A stretch of 64,000 nt of DNA from NCBI GenBank assembly GCA_002343185.1, contig DDRT01000016.1, positions 11,072-75,071 on the forward strand. The letters are read 5' to 3'. The notes under the pieces are model-generated. The model was not told the origin of the DNA, made no database searches, and worked only from the letters and a program-made list of their open reading frames with translations. How positions within the stretch are numbered: the stretch's first letter is position 1; every line of letters starts with the position of its first letter. The position numbers and the translations under genes were made by a program. Below are positions 29,626-40,618 of this stretch, in pieces. The stretch comes from Deltaproteobacteria bacterium UBA2409. GTDB taxonomy: Bacteria > Bdellovibrionota_C > UBA2361 > DDRT01.

Positions 29626-30756
29626 ATGACAGACCCAATATCACATAAAATCTATATAATTCATGACCATAAGTTTGGTGGAAGAAGAAATAAATGTAGG
29701 CAAGATAGATGGGAAAATAGATGTGGAAATAGGTGGCAAAAACAAGAATGGCAGAAACAAAATGGTTGCGAAAAACCTGTTCTCCCATCAAAAGATGAGT
29801 GTCTAGAAAAGGCAAAAGCTGACAAAGCAGAGTGCTTACCACCAAAGGTTGATTGTTGTCCCAAGGAGCCACCTGTAAAGGTTGATAAGTGCCCAAAAGA
29901 GCCTGTGCCAGCAGCGGATACAACTGAAAAAGTTGTTAATAGTCTCACCGATCAAGAAAAACGCCGATTAGGAAGAATACTTTCAGCTAAACGTGGGGAA
30001 GATGTAGTTGTCACAGATAAAACCAGAGTTTCTGAAGAAGATCTGTATGCTTTAGCAGTAATGAATAAAATTAATCCTAAACTAAAGCGAAAATTTATCG
30101 ATAACCTTGCAGATGCGAGAGTCGAAATGAAGAAGGAGGGGGTCAAAGAATTTTTTCCAGCAGTCGATAAAGCTATGAGACAGCTTATAAAAGATGGAGA
30201 AATTACTAAAAAGGAATTCACTGAGCTAAAACAATTCGCCCTAGGAAAAGCTCAACTTGATGGTAGAAAAGCGGAGCTATCTACCACCAAGCAAGAACTT
30301 GGTGACGGTTCGACAGGAAGTGTAATTGATACATTTAGAAATAACTCAGAAGCTACGATGCGTCAGGTTAGGCGTCATAGATGGCTTCAAGATAAATGGG
30401 AGAAGGAAACTGGAATCACTTCACAGATAAAAACTCCCAAGGAAAAATCTACTCATTCATTAGAAGGTAGTGGAGAATTTCTTTGGAAACCAGTTTCTGA
30501 GTCAGACGGAAAACTAGTGGTGTTAATCCCATCTGCATTGACCGGTATGGTAGCAGGAGTTTCAATTCAAACTGAAAATGGCAAAGTGATTGATGAAGGA
30601 AGATTTAAAGGGGTTGGAAACGGAGGAAGAGAACATTTTAGATTCTCAAATGCTGGAGGCTCTTATCCAGATGGGGTGGTAGTTGTAATCAAGCTTAATG
30701 ATGGATCTGAGAAGCGAATAGTTATTAAGGAAACCAGCGATCGGTTTACTGAATAA
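29626..30756 (+). CDS. Hypothetical protein with a Cys/Lys/Trp-rich N-terminal region
   Basis: 376-aa ORF containing CCPKEPPVKVDKCPKEP-type repeats and no signal peptide. Confidence 0.45.
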   Translation: MTDPISHKIYIIHDHKFGGRRNKCRQDRWENRCGNRWQKQEWQKQNGCEKPVLPSKDECLEKAKADKAECLPPKVDCCPKEPPVKVDKCPKEPVPAADTTEKVVNSLTDQEKRRLGRILSAKRGEDVVVTDKTRVSEEDLYALAVMNKINPKLKRKFIDNLADARVEMKKEGVKEFFPAVDKAMRQLIKDGEITKKEFTELKQFALGKAQLDGRKAELSTTKQELGDGSTGSVIDTFRNNSEATMRQVRRHRWLQDKWEKETGITSQIKTPKEKSTHSLEGSGEFLWKPVSESDGKLVVLIPSALTGMVAGVSIQTENGKVIDEGRFKGVGNGGREHFRFSNAGGSYPDGVVVVIKLNDGSEKRIVIKETSDRFTE

Positions 30757-30921
30757 ACGTTGCTTGCCGGTAAATTTAGACCGACTGCTTAAAAAAATAT
30801 GCTACTATTTTGTAACGTGTAAATATTTCTGATGTCTAAATAACTGAAAATATTCACTAATCAGAGATAGTCACATCTAAAAACCTCAACTAAAAAATAT
30901 AATGGCCGACTAAACTCCTGT

Positions 30922-32208
30922 ATGAGGATCGGTTCAAATATCTCATCTTTGGTTGCACAAAGACGCCTTAATGAGGCTACAGGAACACTCAGTCAAGTTT
31001 CAGAACGATTATCCTCAGGACTAAGAATCAACAGAGCCAGTGATGATGCAGCAGGGCTTTCAATTGCTGAAGGACTAAATGCCAATAGAAGAGTCGCAAC
31101 AGTAGCGATGCGAAATGTAAGTGATGGACAGTCTCTCCTCTCCATAGCTGATGGAGCATTAACACAGCAAACTTCGGTTATAACCAGAATGCAGGAACTA
31201 GCAGCACAATCAGCAAATGGAACTTTCTCAACATCACAAAGACTTTCACTTGATAAAGAATTTCAGGCTATAAAAGCTGAATTTTTTAGAATATCCCAGA
31301 CCACGATGTTTAATGGGTTATCCCTGCTTGATGGTAATGGGCTATCAAATAGATTCAATATTCAGCTTGGATTAACTGGAAGAGAAGAGCAGCTTGGAGT
31401 CTTGATTGATACAAGGGGAAGCCTAAGGGGTAGAGTTGATCTCACTGTATCAGGGGTAAATGGAGGTACGCAGGCAACTGCTGATTGGATTGCAAGCCTC
31501 TATGGTAGATCTACTCATACTGAAGCTCAGCTATTTCAGAGTGGTTTTGATGGACAGGTTATTATGACTACATCTGTTGATGATATGGGTAGAACCAGGG
31601 ATACAGCGGTATTTGTAAGTAGAAAAGCTAACGGGGTAGCTGGTGAGCAGATCTTCATGAGAGCTTTTGTTCGATCCTTAGATAATCCAACTCTATGGGA
31701 AGGAGAAGTTGACATCGCTGACTACGCAGCATTTTCCGGTGGATTATATTCAGTAAATCCGAACGGAACGGTTGGAGCAAATAATGTTTTAACACTGAGT
31801 GATGGAACGTATGGGGATTTTAGTGTGAATTTTGGAAATCTAGTCTTTTATGATGGAGTGAATGGAACTAATTCTTCTGAGGCAGCATTGCAAGCTTTAG
31901 ATGTAACTAATACAGACAGAAGCAGATATGCACTCGATGAGTTATCCAAACACTTAGCATCAGCTGCTCAGCTTAGAGGAAATATTGGAGCGTATATGCA
32001 ACGACTATCAGTTGCTTTTAATAACCTGTCTACCTCAAGAGAAGCTTTTACTGCTGCGGAATCTAGAATCAGAGATACTGACATTGCTGCCGAGAGTGCA
32101 GAATATCTGAGACTTCAGATACTACAAAGTGCAGCGGTAAGTGTACTAAAGACCGCAAACCTTGTACCGGAACTAGCATTGAAGCTAATAAACACAGATT
32201 TAGTATAG
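30922..32208 (+). CDS. fliC: Flagellin
   Basis: Conserved N-domain (LSSGLRINRASDDAAGLSIAEGL) and C-domain (LQILQSAAVSVLKTANLVPE) around a variable centre. Confidence 0.9.
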   Translation: MRIGSNISSLVAQRRLNEATGTLSQVSERLSSGLRINRASDDAAGLSIAEGLNANRRVATVAMRNVSDGQSLLSIADGALTQQTSVITRMQELAAQSANGTFSTSQRLSLDKEFQAIKAEFFRISQTTMFNGLSLLDGNGLSNRFNIQLGLTGREEQLGVLIDTRGSLRGRVDLTVSGVNGGTQATADWIASLYGRSTHTEAQLFQSGFDGQVIMTTSVDDMGRTRDTAVFVSRKANGVAGEQIFMRAFVRSLDNPTLWEGEVDIADYAAFSGGLYSVNPNGTVGANNVLTLSDGTYGDFSVNFGNLVFYDGVNGTNSSEAALQALDVTNTDRSRYALDELSKHLASAAQLRGNIGAYMQRLSVAFNNLSTSREAFTAAESRIRDTDIAAESAEYLRLQILQSAAVSVLKTANLVPELALKLINTDLV

Positions 32209-32211
32209 ATA

Positions 32212-33903
32212 TTATTGGTGCTTAAACTTATGAAGCATACAATTTGTCTCGATAAAGAATCTATTAGTTCTTGGAGCTTTAAAAGAATATCGGTTCGATT
32301 CGTCGTTCAAAGTTCTATTACGAAGTACTTTCCCATTTGAGTTTTTAATCTTAACCCACTTAGCACCTTTAATTAATATTTTATTTCTACTTCTCCTGAA
32401 TGTTACTTTATATTTCGAATTACATGATGGAGTTAATCTCGGGCCTCCGGAACCAGGGGGCTCATCTAATGTAGGGTTCTTCGATAGCGCCAATATGATA
32501 ATATCGTCTGGAATCTGAAGACCTTGAATACCATTACTATTCTCATAGCTTTCTAGAGGAAATTCGCTAATATATGGGCGTATGATGTCTATATTCCATA
32601 AATCTTCAAAGTTCACATTGATTGTTCTAAAGATATTAGCTGGCTCATTCGTTGGATCGGTACGCAAGTACCTCAGTACCAGGAAATATCTTCCATCGCT
32701 TCTCTGGTAAAGTGAATGCTTTATGCCGTCAGGACTGGGTGGAAAATTTGGAGAGGTTAGTCTGTAGTTAACAGAGCCTGGTTCAAAAGAACTTGCTGAA
32801 TCTTCAAATAAGGCCAAAAGATTTTTCAATGAATAAAATACCGGTTTTGGCTCATAGTTAGGATTTAATAATCCAAAGCTGCCTTGCATCGGGTTAGAAG
32901 CAGTTGGGAATCCTTCCTGGGATAGCAGTTCATAAATATAAACACTATCAACTTTTGGATGTTCGATAAAGTCAAAGTATGACACTAGAGTGTTCCAAGC
33001 CTGCCTTTCTTCTGATTGCCAGGAGTTGTCATTAGGATTACTTTTCTCTGTATAATAACCGAACTCAGTGATGTCAAAGCGTTTCTGGTCGAATAGGTCA
33101 AGTCTTGATGGAAATTCCCTGTGAAATATTCTTACTCCAGCTGGTCTAATAAAGTCGTACAGATTTGCAGTTTGATTATCAAGGTACTGATTTATTGGTC
33201 GCATTGACTCAGTCAATCCTATTGATTCATAAAGTGGAACGTGAACTAGGGGTGGGCCATGAACCGGAATGTTTCTAATGTCAGCATTAGAGTGTGATTT
33301 TACCCCTTGATACAGTCCTCTTGAGTATTCTATCAGTTGCTGAACCCAGTCTGAACCCCTACAAAAGCGAGTTCTTTCTATCCAGCTCAGTCCTGAAGGA
33401 ATGGTTCTTGTGTCGTGAGGACAGGTTGATGCACCTGAAAATATATTATCATACTCGTTTCTTCCTAAAATTTTTTTTATCTTTATTCCACCGGGGAAAA
33501 CTTTACTTCTAAAGGTTCCACCAATTTTATGCAGCTCAATTTTTTGTAGCTCAGCCAAACCGTCCGAGAATGAGATGTTTTGCTCTGGGCTCATACCAAT
33601 CAAAGATACAGCGATTCCAGAATCAGATAGCGCTCTTAACTTAAGTGAGTATCGGTGAAATGAGGAAATATCTATGTTGGGATCGTTACCAGTTCTGTCC
33701 CTGATATTTTTTATTCCCAACTCCACTAGCCTAGCTTTTAAAATTTCGAAAACTTGCGAATCGGGTGCATGACCATAGGAGTAGTATTGAAAATGTGTGT
33801 TTATTCCAAGTGAGTCTACCACATTCTTTGACCATCGAGCTTGCACTGGCTCAGACTGAGCTATAATTGGAATTAGAGCTAATAAAAAACGTAAGAGAAT
33901 CAT
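32212..33903 (-). CDS. Secreted hydrolase-like protein (possible glycoside hydrolase); start trimmed to the signal-peptide Met
   Basis: Signal peptide MILLRFLLALIPIIAQSEPVQA. The tracked ORF 32212..33960 starts earlier at a non-signal Met. A homologous fragment lies at 43716..43906. Confidence 0.45.
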   Translation of the reverse strand: MILLRFLLALIPIIAQSEPVQARWSKNVVDSLGINTHFQYYSYGHAPDSQVFEILKARLVELGIKNIRDRTGNDPNIDISSFHRYSLKLRALSDSGIAVSLIGMSPEQNISFSDGLAELQKIELHKIGGTFRSKVFPGGIKIKKILGRNEYDNIFSGASTCPHDTRTIPSGLSWIERTRFCRGSDWVQQLIEYSRGLYQGVKSHSNADIRNIPVHGPPLVHVPLYESIGLTESMRPINQYLDNQTANLYDFIRPAGVRIFHREFPSRLDLFDQKRFDITEFGYYTEKSNPNDNSWQSEERQAWNTLVSYFDFIEHPKVDSVYIYELLSQEGFPTASNPMQGSFGLLNPNYEPKPVFYSLKNLLALFEDSASSFEPGSVNYRLTSPNFPPSPDGIKHSLYQRSDGRYFLVLRYLRTDPTNEPANIFRTINVNFEDLWNIDIIRPYISEFPLESYENSNGIQGLQIPDDIIILALSKNPTLDEPPGSGGPRLTPSCNSKYKVTFRRSRNKILIKGAKWVKIKNSNGKVLRNRTLNDESNRYSFKAPRTNRFFIETNCMLHKFKHQ

Positions 33904-34224
33904 TTTAAACCAAAGTAAAACCTTTGATGTATATCTTGAGCAGGCAGAACAACAGTTCAAAGATAATCGACTATCGGTATTGTGTATTCAAATTATCTCG
34001 ATAATGTGACAATCATATAAGAAGATTTCTTAATCTCGATCAATAAACCATGCGCGAGTCAGCTTTGAGCTTGAAAAGCTCAAGACGTGTGATCATAGTA
34101 TGGGCTTCTTGGCGAAGCCGCGTTCGCCCAAGCTACAGTTAAAGTTACTATCATTAGCTATATAGTTGTAGTTTTTAGGGCTAATAATTTCCCGTCAAAG
34201 TTGTATATAGCCCAAGATAAAAAC

Positions 34225-37200
34225 TTATAATCTAGCCTTCAGCTTCTTACTGGAAAGTGGACTTTCTTTTGAGTGAATTCCTGTAGGTAAATGATAATAT
34301 TGATATGTAACCTCAACTTTAGATCTCTTTCTAGGTCGTTTAATTTCGTAAAATTCTCCCCGAAACTCTACATTTAAAGTCTTCTTCTTTTTCCCTTTTA
34401 CTTTGAGTACTATTTCAACTCTGTTTGTAATATCACTGCCTCTAAATTGCTTGATAATAACCCTGATTTTGTCTCTCCTAGTCTTAATTTTAGCCTTCTC
34501 AGGTGTTGTATCTGGTAAAAGTTCATAATCTCTGGGCTCTCTGCAGCTGGAGTTACCGGTTTCTTCAACGCCACAACCACATAATCCAGGCTCAGACTTT
34601 AAAGGGTCATTAGGACATCGATCTAGGCAGTCTGGAATTAAGTCTCCATCAGAGTCATTGTCAGGTATACCACAGCCACATAGACCAGGTTTTAATTTTA
34701 GCGGGTCATCTAAGCATTCATCTACACACCCCATACACATTCTACTACTGTTTCCTACTCCTGTTTTTGAATGGCCACCCCGCGATTGTTCCCAAGGTTC
34801 TGCTTCACAGCCACAGGATCCCGAATCCCATTTATATAGGTTCATCCGTTGAGATAGACCTAGAATTTTATGAAATCCAGTTCCGTCTCTTATAAGTGCA
34901 AGAGAGAGGCTAGCAGAGCCGGAGTCCATCATTTGTGTACTTATTAATCTGCCTTGATGGTCTAATATAAGCACCTCATTCATTCCATGAGCCAAGGTGC
35001 CATATCTGAAAACAGGAACAGCTATCTCTAAGGTTCTATAGTCATCGTCTAAGTTTGCTAGTAGAGGTTCTCCGACCGTTAGGGGATAATCCAATATTTG
35101 ATACTCAGATAGATCCTCAGCCTCTATGCAAAAAGGAAAGTTCTCCATCGGTAATCCATTATTCTCGTAGACATAGACGCAATTGTTTGCAAAAAAAACA
35201 AGTTCTATAGAACCATCACCATCTAAATCACCTGCTGATATCGTATTGTCGAGTTCGTCATTTGAAGGGTGTGGAATTAAAATAGGAAAGTTGGGCAATT
35301 CTGTACCTGTAGGGCTCAAAGAATGCACCTTAAGAGAACGCTCTGATGATAATTTTTCTAGAAAAAGAATATCGTTAACTCCGCTTCCGTCTATATCGAA
35401 AGCGGTCGGAGAAAAGATTCTGCCCTCGAATCGCTTTGGAAAGCCATGAGCAGTTTCTCCTCTACTATCTATAACCCATAGATCTCCTTTAGTATCTGTC
35501 AGAGATCCAGAACAAGTTCCTCCTCCGATACAAGATCTAGTGGCGATTACGATCTCTTTTCCAAAAGACGGTAGAAGGTCGAGAACCAAAGGGGCTGGAA
35601 TCAGATTTCCTAAGGTGGATCCAAATGGAGGCAAAGGAGGTAGTTCTTTTGGAAAACCAAAAAGTTCGCTTCCATCTGGCCTCATGACATGAAGCCGAAG
35701 TGCGTTAGAAGTAAAGATCATTTCATCTAACCCATCATGATCTATATCAGAGACTGCTATAGAGGAGATCTCTCTATTTTCTACCTCAATTGGGCTACGT
35801 AGGGATGAGCCATCAATATTGAAAATATGGATTCTTCCACAAATATCTCCCGCGACAATCTCTTTAACTCCATCGTTGTTGAAATCAGAAAAGGTAATTC
35901 CTCTGTTAAAATCAGATACAGATAACTCTCGCTCGCAGCTAGGAACTACTTTTGGCCATCCTGGAAGAGGAACACCATCTGAGTTTAAAATCATAATTAG
36001 ACTCCCGTTTGCAAACCCTAACTCATCAACACCGTCATTATTAAGATCGGCAACGGTTGGTTGATTTTTGGCTAAACATGAAAAAGTAGCCCAATAACCC
36101 ACCTCTGACGCTATGCATGGAAGAGAAGTATTTAAAGGAAAATTAGGCATTAATTGGGTGTCTAAATATACTTCAGTGTTGGTTTCGTGAGTTCCAGAGT
36201 TACCTACAACTCTTAGTTTTATGATCCAAAAGCCACTTTTTATCCCTTCTACTTCGAACGGTTTCCATATGCCCAAGACTCCGTTTTCAACCTTAGATGG
36301 TTTATTTGATTCTAAAGTAAAGCAAATCTCAGAGTTTTTAGGACATACAGAAAGATCATAGTGTAGAAAATCAGAACCACTAGCGCTGCCGATTATTCGA
36401 ATTTCCTTTTTTCCACTTAGTGGATACCAACTATTCACATCTTCTCGGTCATAATTTCTGGGAGAGTAAATATTAGTGCCGTCAATAAATAAAATTGCAT
36501 AATCTTCTGAAATGACTTCATTTTCTGAGGAATCTAAACTATATACCTTGAGTCTTAACCAGATGAATGAATCCTCTACGGCGACAGGTAATGAAATTCT
36601 CCCAAGTATCCCATCGTCGACCGCATCTCTACCTTCACTGAGAATTTGCCAGTCCGAATCAAGTTTCATTGCCAACTCATATTTCAGAAATCCATGAGCC
36701 TTTGCTGTTCCTGTAATTGGATATTCGCCTCCTGTGATTCGACCACGAGTCTTGATCTTTGCTAGAGACATATGTTCAGCTGCTCTTGTCGCAGCTTCAG
36801 CATCCATTAATCCAAATCCTTGAGAAAATACGCCACGCCCTAACGACTCAGGAAGTTTTCTAGCAGTCCGTCGCATTAGATCTTTGATCTCGAATGGACT
36901 GAGAAATGGGTTTTTCTGAAGAATCAAAGCAGCTACTCCTGCGACGTGGGGAGATGACATTGAAGTTCCGGAAAAGCCTATTCTTCCCGGAGAGCAGGTC
37001 GATGGATCATTAAGTAAGGAGCTTTTTGGGGCACATACTATTGCCCCAGGAGCAACTAGGTCAGGTTTTAGATATCTCTCATTAGTATCTTCGTAGTTAT
37101 AGCTAGGGCCAATTGAGCTAAAAGGAGTAACCTCATCTTCTGTTGGAGTTTGGTCTCCCCATAAATTTTGACCAGGATAGTTTTGCTTGAATGTAGCACC

Positions 37201-38184
37201 GACAGTTATGGCATTTATTGAAGACCCAGGAGAGGAGATAGAATAGCCGCCAAAATGCCCGGAATTCCCTGCTGCTACAACAGCGACAACTCCTGCAGAG
37301 ACAAGATTGTCCACGGCCTGTGAGAGAATGCTTTCCGATCCTCCAGGACCTCCTAAGCTTAAATTTACAATATCAAGTCTGTCACTTAAACTCCCGTCAC
37401 GGTTTGGGTCGAGAGAGTAGTCAAGACCAGCCAGTATTGAGGATAAATATCCCAGTCCATCATCTCCTAACACCTTAATTGCGTAAAGTGTTGCTTCTGG
37501 AGCTACCCCTGAATACCCTTGCTCAATTCCTGCTGCTATCCCTGCAACGTGAGTTCCATGCCCGTTTTTGTCATCAGGGATTGGATCGTTATAAACAAAG
37601 TCATACCCTCCTCCAAACTTTTGACATCCTTCAAAGGTTGTGCAAGCACCGAAAGCTGGATGTGAATGATCAACTCCTGTATCAATAATACCTATTCTTA
37701 TATTACGACCCTTTATGGGGTTACCGAAGTTGTCATTTAGATTCCAGGCTTGTGCTATCTTCGTGCGTTGAAGAGATTCCTCCAGGGTTATGTGATAAAT
37801 TTCATCTTCAATTATATTTAGACCATCTCTTTTTAACTCTGAAATTTTACTTTCAGTTGTCTCGATAAATAAAGCAACGCTTGCCAGCTTGGTCGAACCT
37901 TTTATTGAACTCTCCCCAACTTTTTCTGATACCTTGGAAGTGAGGTGTTCAATTTCAGAGACTACAGAACGCTGTAAGACGGGTGAATTATTGAAGTTCT
38001 TCACAAGTGGATTCGAGCTCCCCAATATTATATATCTCTTCGATGGTGTTTTGTTAACTTTGATCTGTTGAATCTCAGGGTTCTCTGGATGTCGGGGAGT
38101 ATTGCTGGTTAAGTCAGGGAAGGTCTGGGCGTATAAAAATCCTAAAAACAGATTCTGAACAAGAAAAAACCTAAAATAACTCAT
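34225..38184 (-). CDS. Giant secreted subtilisin-like (S8) serine protease with FG-GAP/VCBS-like repeats and C-terminal TSP3-like Cys-rich repeats
   Basis: Asp triad site GIIDTGVD, His site HGTHVAG and Ser site GTSMSSPHVAG. Repeated DxDxDG and GLCGCG motifs in the C-terminal region. Signal peptide present. Confidence 0.8.
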   Translation of the reverse strand: MSYFRFFLVQNLFLGFLYAQTFPDLTSNTPRHPENPEIQQIKVNKTPSKRYIILGSSNPLVKNFNNSPVLQRSVVSEIEHLTSKVSEKVGESSIKGSTKLASVALFIETTESKISELKRDGLNIIEDEIYHITLEESLQRTKIAQAWNLNDNFGNPIKGRNIRIGIIDTGVDHSHPAFGACTTFEGCQKFGGGYDFVYNDPIPDDKNGHGTHVAGIAAGIEQGYSGVAPEATLYAIKVLGDDGLGYLSSILAGLDYSLDPNRDGSLSDRLDIVNLSLGGPGGSESILSQAVDNLVSAGVVAVVAAGNSGHFGGYSISSPGSSINAITVGATFKQNYPGQNLWGDQTPTEDEVTPFSSIGPSYNYEDTNERYLKPDLVAPGAIVCAPKSSLLNDPSTCSPGRIGFSGTSMSSPHVAGVAALILQKNPFLSPFEIKDLMRRTARKLPESLGRGVFSQGFGLMDAEAATRAAEHMSLAKIKTRGRITGGEYPITGTAKAHGFLKYELAMKLDSDWQILSEGRDAVDDGILGRISLPVAVEDSFIWLRLKVYSLDSSENEVISEDYAILFIDGTNIYSPRNYDREDVNSWYPLSGKKEIRIIGSASGSDFLHYDLSVCPKNSEICFTLESNKPSKVENGVLGIWKPFEVEGIKSGFWIIKLRVVGNSGTHETNTEVYLDTQLMPNFPLNTSLPCIASEVGYWATFSCLAKNQPTVADLNNDGVDELGFANGSLIMILNSDGVPLPGWPKVVPSCERELSVSDFNRGITFSDFNNDGVKEIVAGDICGRIHIFNIDGSSLRSPIEVENREISSIAVSDIDHDGLDEMIFTSNALRLHVMRPDGSELFGFPKELPPLPPFGSTLGNLIPAPLVLDLLPSFGKEIVIATRSCIGGGTCSGSLTDTKGDLWVIDSRGETAHGFPKRFEGRIFSPTAFDIDGSGVNDILFLEKLSSERSLKVHSLSPTGTELPNFPILIPHPSNDELDNTISAGDLDGDGSIELVFFANNCVYVYENNGLPMENFPFCIEAEDLSEYQILDYPLTVGEPLLANLDDDYRTLEIAVPVFRYGTLAHGMNEVLILDHQGRLISTQMMDSGSASLSLALIRDGTGFHKILGLSQRMNLYKWDSGSCGCEAEPWEQSRGGHSKTGVGNSSRMCMGCVDECLDDPLKLKPGLCGCGIPDNDSDGDLIPDCLDRCPNDPLKSEPGLCGCGVEETGNSSCREPRDYELLPDTTPEKAKIKTRRDKIRVIIKQFRGSDITNRVEIVLKVKGKKKKTLNVEFRGEFYEIKRPRKRSKVEVTYQYYHLPTGIHSKESPLSSKKLKARL

Positions 38185-38339
38185 AAACCATCCTCTAAAG
38201 TAGTGACTGAAAACTACATTAGAGGCTTATCTTTATTTAAGTGTAATTGATCCTGAATAAGACTACTCTAACGAAATTGTAACATCTTTAATTGACGGTC
38301 TTTTGAACCAAGTAGTGGCTTAGGCTCAGATATGTCCAT

Positions 38340-39188
38340 ATGAAAGTGCAATCTGAGAAATTTGCTGATGGGGATGGGCTGATTCTTAGAAGTTTTAGTG
38401 AGATAGTCGATCAGAGCATTAGAAACCGAGCTACAAGCCTTGGTTTTCGCTCTGGAGAGTGGCGAGATAGAGTTAGCGATTCAGCTCAGGTTGACCAGAC
38501 AATCTCTGAAATCGAAGGTCTTATTGAAGAAACATCTTTGAATCAAGTTCTAAAGCTGGACGGGTCACTTTCGCAGCACGGGTTAGTCAGACTAATTGAT
38601 ATAGTTTGGGATCGGAGAAGAAGTGGGGTGATGGGAACTTCTGAGGCGATTTTTACTGAGCTGGCCTTAAAACTAGAGAAGCTATTCAAACTAGTAGAGA
38701 AGCCTCCGTTAGAGAAGACCGCGGATATGGAAAAAAACTCCTCTACTAATCCTGACTCAGCGACCGATACACCTCAGTCGATGGTTTTAAAGTTCCAAAA
38801 TTTAATGGATAAGCACGCGAAAAGTGATGTTAAATTTCGAGCCTATGATTTAGTCAGAATTTGTAATGAAGAAGGCGTTGATCCACGATTAGCTTTTCTA
38901 ATGTTCTGGAGGGAGAGTCACTGGGGAACAGCGGGAAGGGCTAAAAGAACCTTTAATCCAGGAAATGTTGGTAATACTGATTCTGGTGCTCATAGATATA
39001 TGGGTCGAGCAGGTGACGATGTTGGTCAAAGATTTTTAGATGGAATAAGAGACTGGTGTAGATTTATGAAGCAGGGATATGAAACTACTCTTGAGGGATT
39101 CATAGAATCTGGAGGTATACGCACTAAGGGAGGAAATATAGGAGCAAGCTACGCAAGAAATAACTATTCAAGAGCATTGCCCCCTTAG
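38340..39188 (+). CDS. Glucosaminidase-domain (FlgJ/Acm-like peptidoglycan hydrolase) protein, paralog A
   Basis: C-terminal FLMFWRESHWGTAG...TFNPGNVGN...ASYARNNYS matches PF01832-type ESGWG / NNxxGI / Y..Y motifs. No signal peptide. Confidence 0.55.
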   Translation: MKVQSEKFADGDGLILRSFSEIVDQSIRNRATSLGFRSGEWRDRVSDSAQVDQTISEIEGLIEETSLNQVLKLDGSLSQHGLVRLIDIVWDRRRSGVMGTSEAIFTELALKLEKLFKLVEKPPLEKTADMEKNSSTNPDSATDTPQSMVLKFQNLMDKHAKSDVKFRAYDLVRICNEEGVDPRLAFLMFWRESHWGTAGRAKRTFNPGNVGNTDSGAHRYMGRAGDDVGQRFLDGIRDWCRFMKQGYETTLEGFIESGGIRTKGGNIGASYARNNYSRALPP

Positions 39189-39281
39189 CAAGAAGGCTGG
39201 GGCTGATGGAATAGCGCACCCCTTACCGAAGCCTCAACCATTGCTAAGTTAATCAGCAGTATGTTCGTGCTTGTTTCCATG

Positions 39282-40379
39282 TTAGAACGATTTAAGAAAC
39301 CTGTGTAACATTTTAGAAATCCCAGGAATTCGTTCTTTTACTACTTTAAGATATTCTACAAGATTAGTTGGTAAATTTCCTTCTCGAGCAACCAATAATT
39401 TATCAATATATATGGCTAGTCTTAACTTTTGCCTTGGAAGTTTTAATAAAGCTTCTAGTAATTTGTAACATTTTTGATCTCCTCGACTTATCAACACTTC
39501 CAACTCTGAAGTTAAAAGGCTAAAGGCTAGCTTTGGACGCTTACTAAAAATCTCAATAGCATTATTCAAGCTCCTAGCATCATAAACTCTAAGTTTTGAA
39601 ACAAGAGCAGATAGTAGGTTCCTAAATCCCTTGCCATTTAAGTCGGTGAATGACAAAAGACTAGGAGTTCCTGAAAAAGAATCACTATCTAAAACATCCG
39701 CTGTAATATTATTGAGAAATACCTCCTGAACTAAATGTTGGTAAATCCCAGAGCCTAATCTTAACTCTAAATCATAAATTCTCATCCAGTGAATAAAATT
39801 TTCAGGAGGAAGTTTTGCAGCAGCAAAAATTGTAGCCTTTATAACTTCATTATTAAATGAGCTTTTCCCACATTTTAGCTCTTCTTCATGAACCCATATG
39901 ACGATATCCCTGGCAACCCTACGTTCTAAAAACTCTTCACTTTGTGCTAGCTCAAACAACATCTTACATCCATCTGTTCTAGTTTGTTTATTATCACTTT
40001 TAAGTGAATTTTTAAGAAAATCTTGAAATTCAGGAGTTAAAGCTGGGTAGTTCAGAACAGTAGCTATACCCTCGAGCCAATCTCTGAGCATTGTTAAGTA
40101 TATTGCACTCTCTTCACTATTAGCTAGTGATTCATTTCTTTTCTCAATTACATAAGGAATAGCTCTTTTCACTAGTTGAGCAGCTTGAATAATTGAAGGA
40201 GCATTTTTGTCATTAGGATCTACTGCTCTAGCAAGTTTTCCAAGACATTCTCTGGCTTCCATGCAATTAGAAAGGAGATCGATACCGGCTCGTAACAGCT
40301 CTGGATCTGTTGGAGAAACTCTTCTTAGGGCAGCTTCAAGATAACTACATGATATGGTTGACCGCTCAGGATTAAACAT
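39282..40379 (-). CDS. Alpha-helical (HEAT/ARM-like) repeat protein, hypothetical
   Basis: 365 aa of amphipathic helical repeats with no TM segment or signal peptide. Confidence 0.4.
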   Translation of the reverse strand: MFNPERSTISCSYLEAALRRVSPTDPELLRAGIDLLSNCMEARECLGKLARAVDPNDKNAPSIIQAAQLVKRAIPYVIEKRNESLANSEESAIYLTMLRDWLEGIATVLNYPALTPEFQDFLKNSLKSDNKQTRTDGCKMLFELAQSEEFLERRVARDIVIWVHEEELKCGKSSFNNEVIKATIFAAAKLPPENFIHWMRIYDLELRLGSGIYQHLVQEVFLNNITADVLDSDSFSGTPSLLSFTDLNGKGFRNLLSALVSKLRVYDARSLNNAIEIFSKRPKLAFSLLTSELEVLISRGDQKCYKLLEALLKLPRQKLRLAIYIDKLLVAREGNLPTNLVEYLKVVKERIPGISKMLHRFLKSF

Positions 40380-40618
40380 ATAATTGATATTAATTTTTAA
40401 TCAAAAGAGTATATATATTTTCTCAAAAAAACTGCTCTATCACGAAAATGTTATTTAGAAGCTGATTTATTCTGAGAATGGACAATTGAACGGCCTTTGG
40501 AAAAATAGGCAACCCAGACACCCAAGCCGCAGACCGAATTTTGGGGGCAAGGGAAAAATCCGGTTTGTAGCTTGTATTTATTCTGAACTAATAGAGAGTC
40601 TATTACATTACAAACTAC

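Noticed and set aside
29450-30221. Minus-strand ORFs 29450..29923, 29661..29948 and 29952..30221
   Set aside because: They overlap the galU start and the well-formed plus-strand gene at 29626..30756, and their translations are low-complexity or hydrophobic. Judged antisense artefacts.
30870-30915. Sigma-28 (FliA) promoter upstream of the flagellin gene
   Set aside because: A GCCGACTA -10-like element is present at 30905-30912, but no TAAA -35 element lies at the required ~15-nt spacing, so the promoter is not claimed.
34658-38071. Multiple short plus-strand ORFs inside the 1319-aa subtilase gene
   Set aside because: They are antisense to a gene with intact catalytic-triad motifs and have no independent support.
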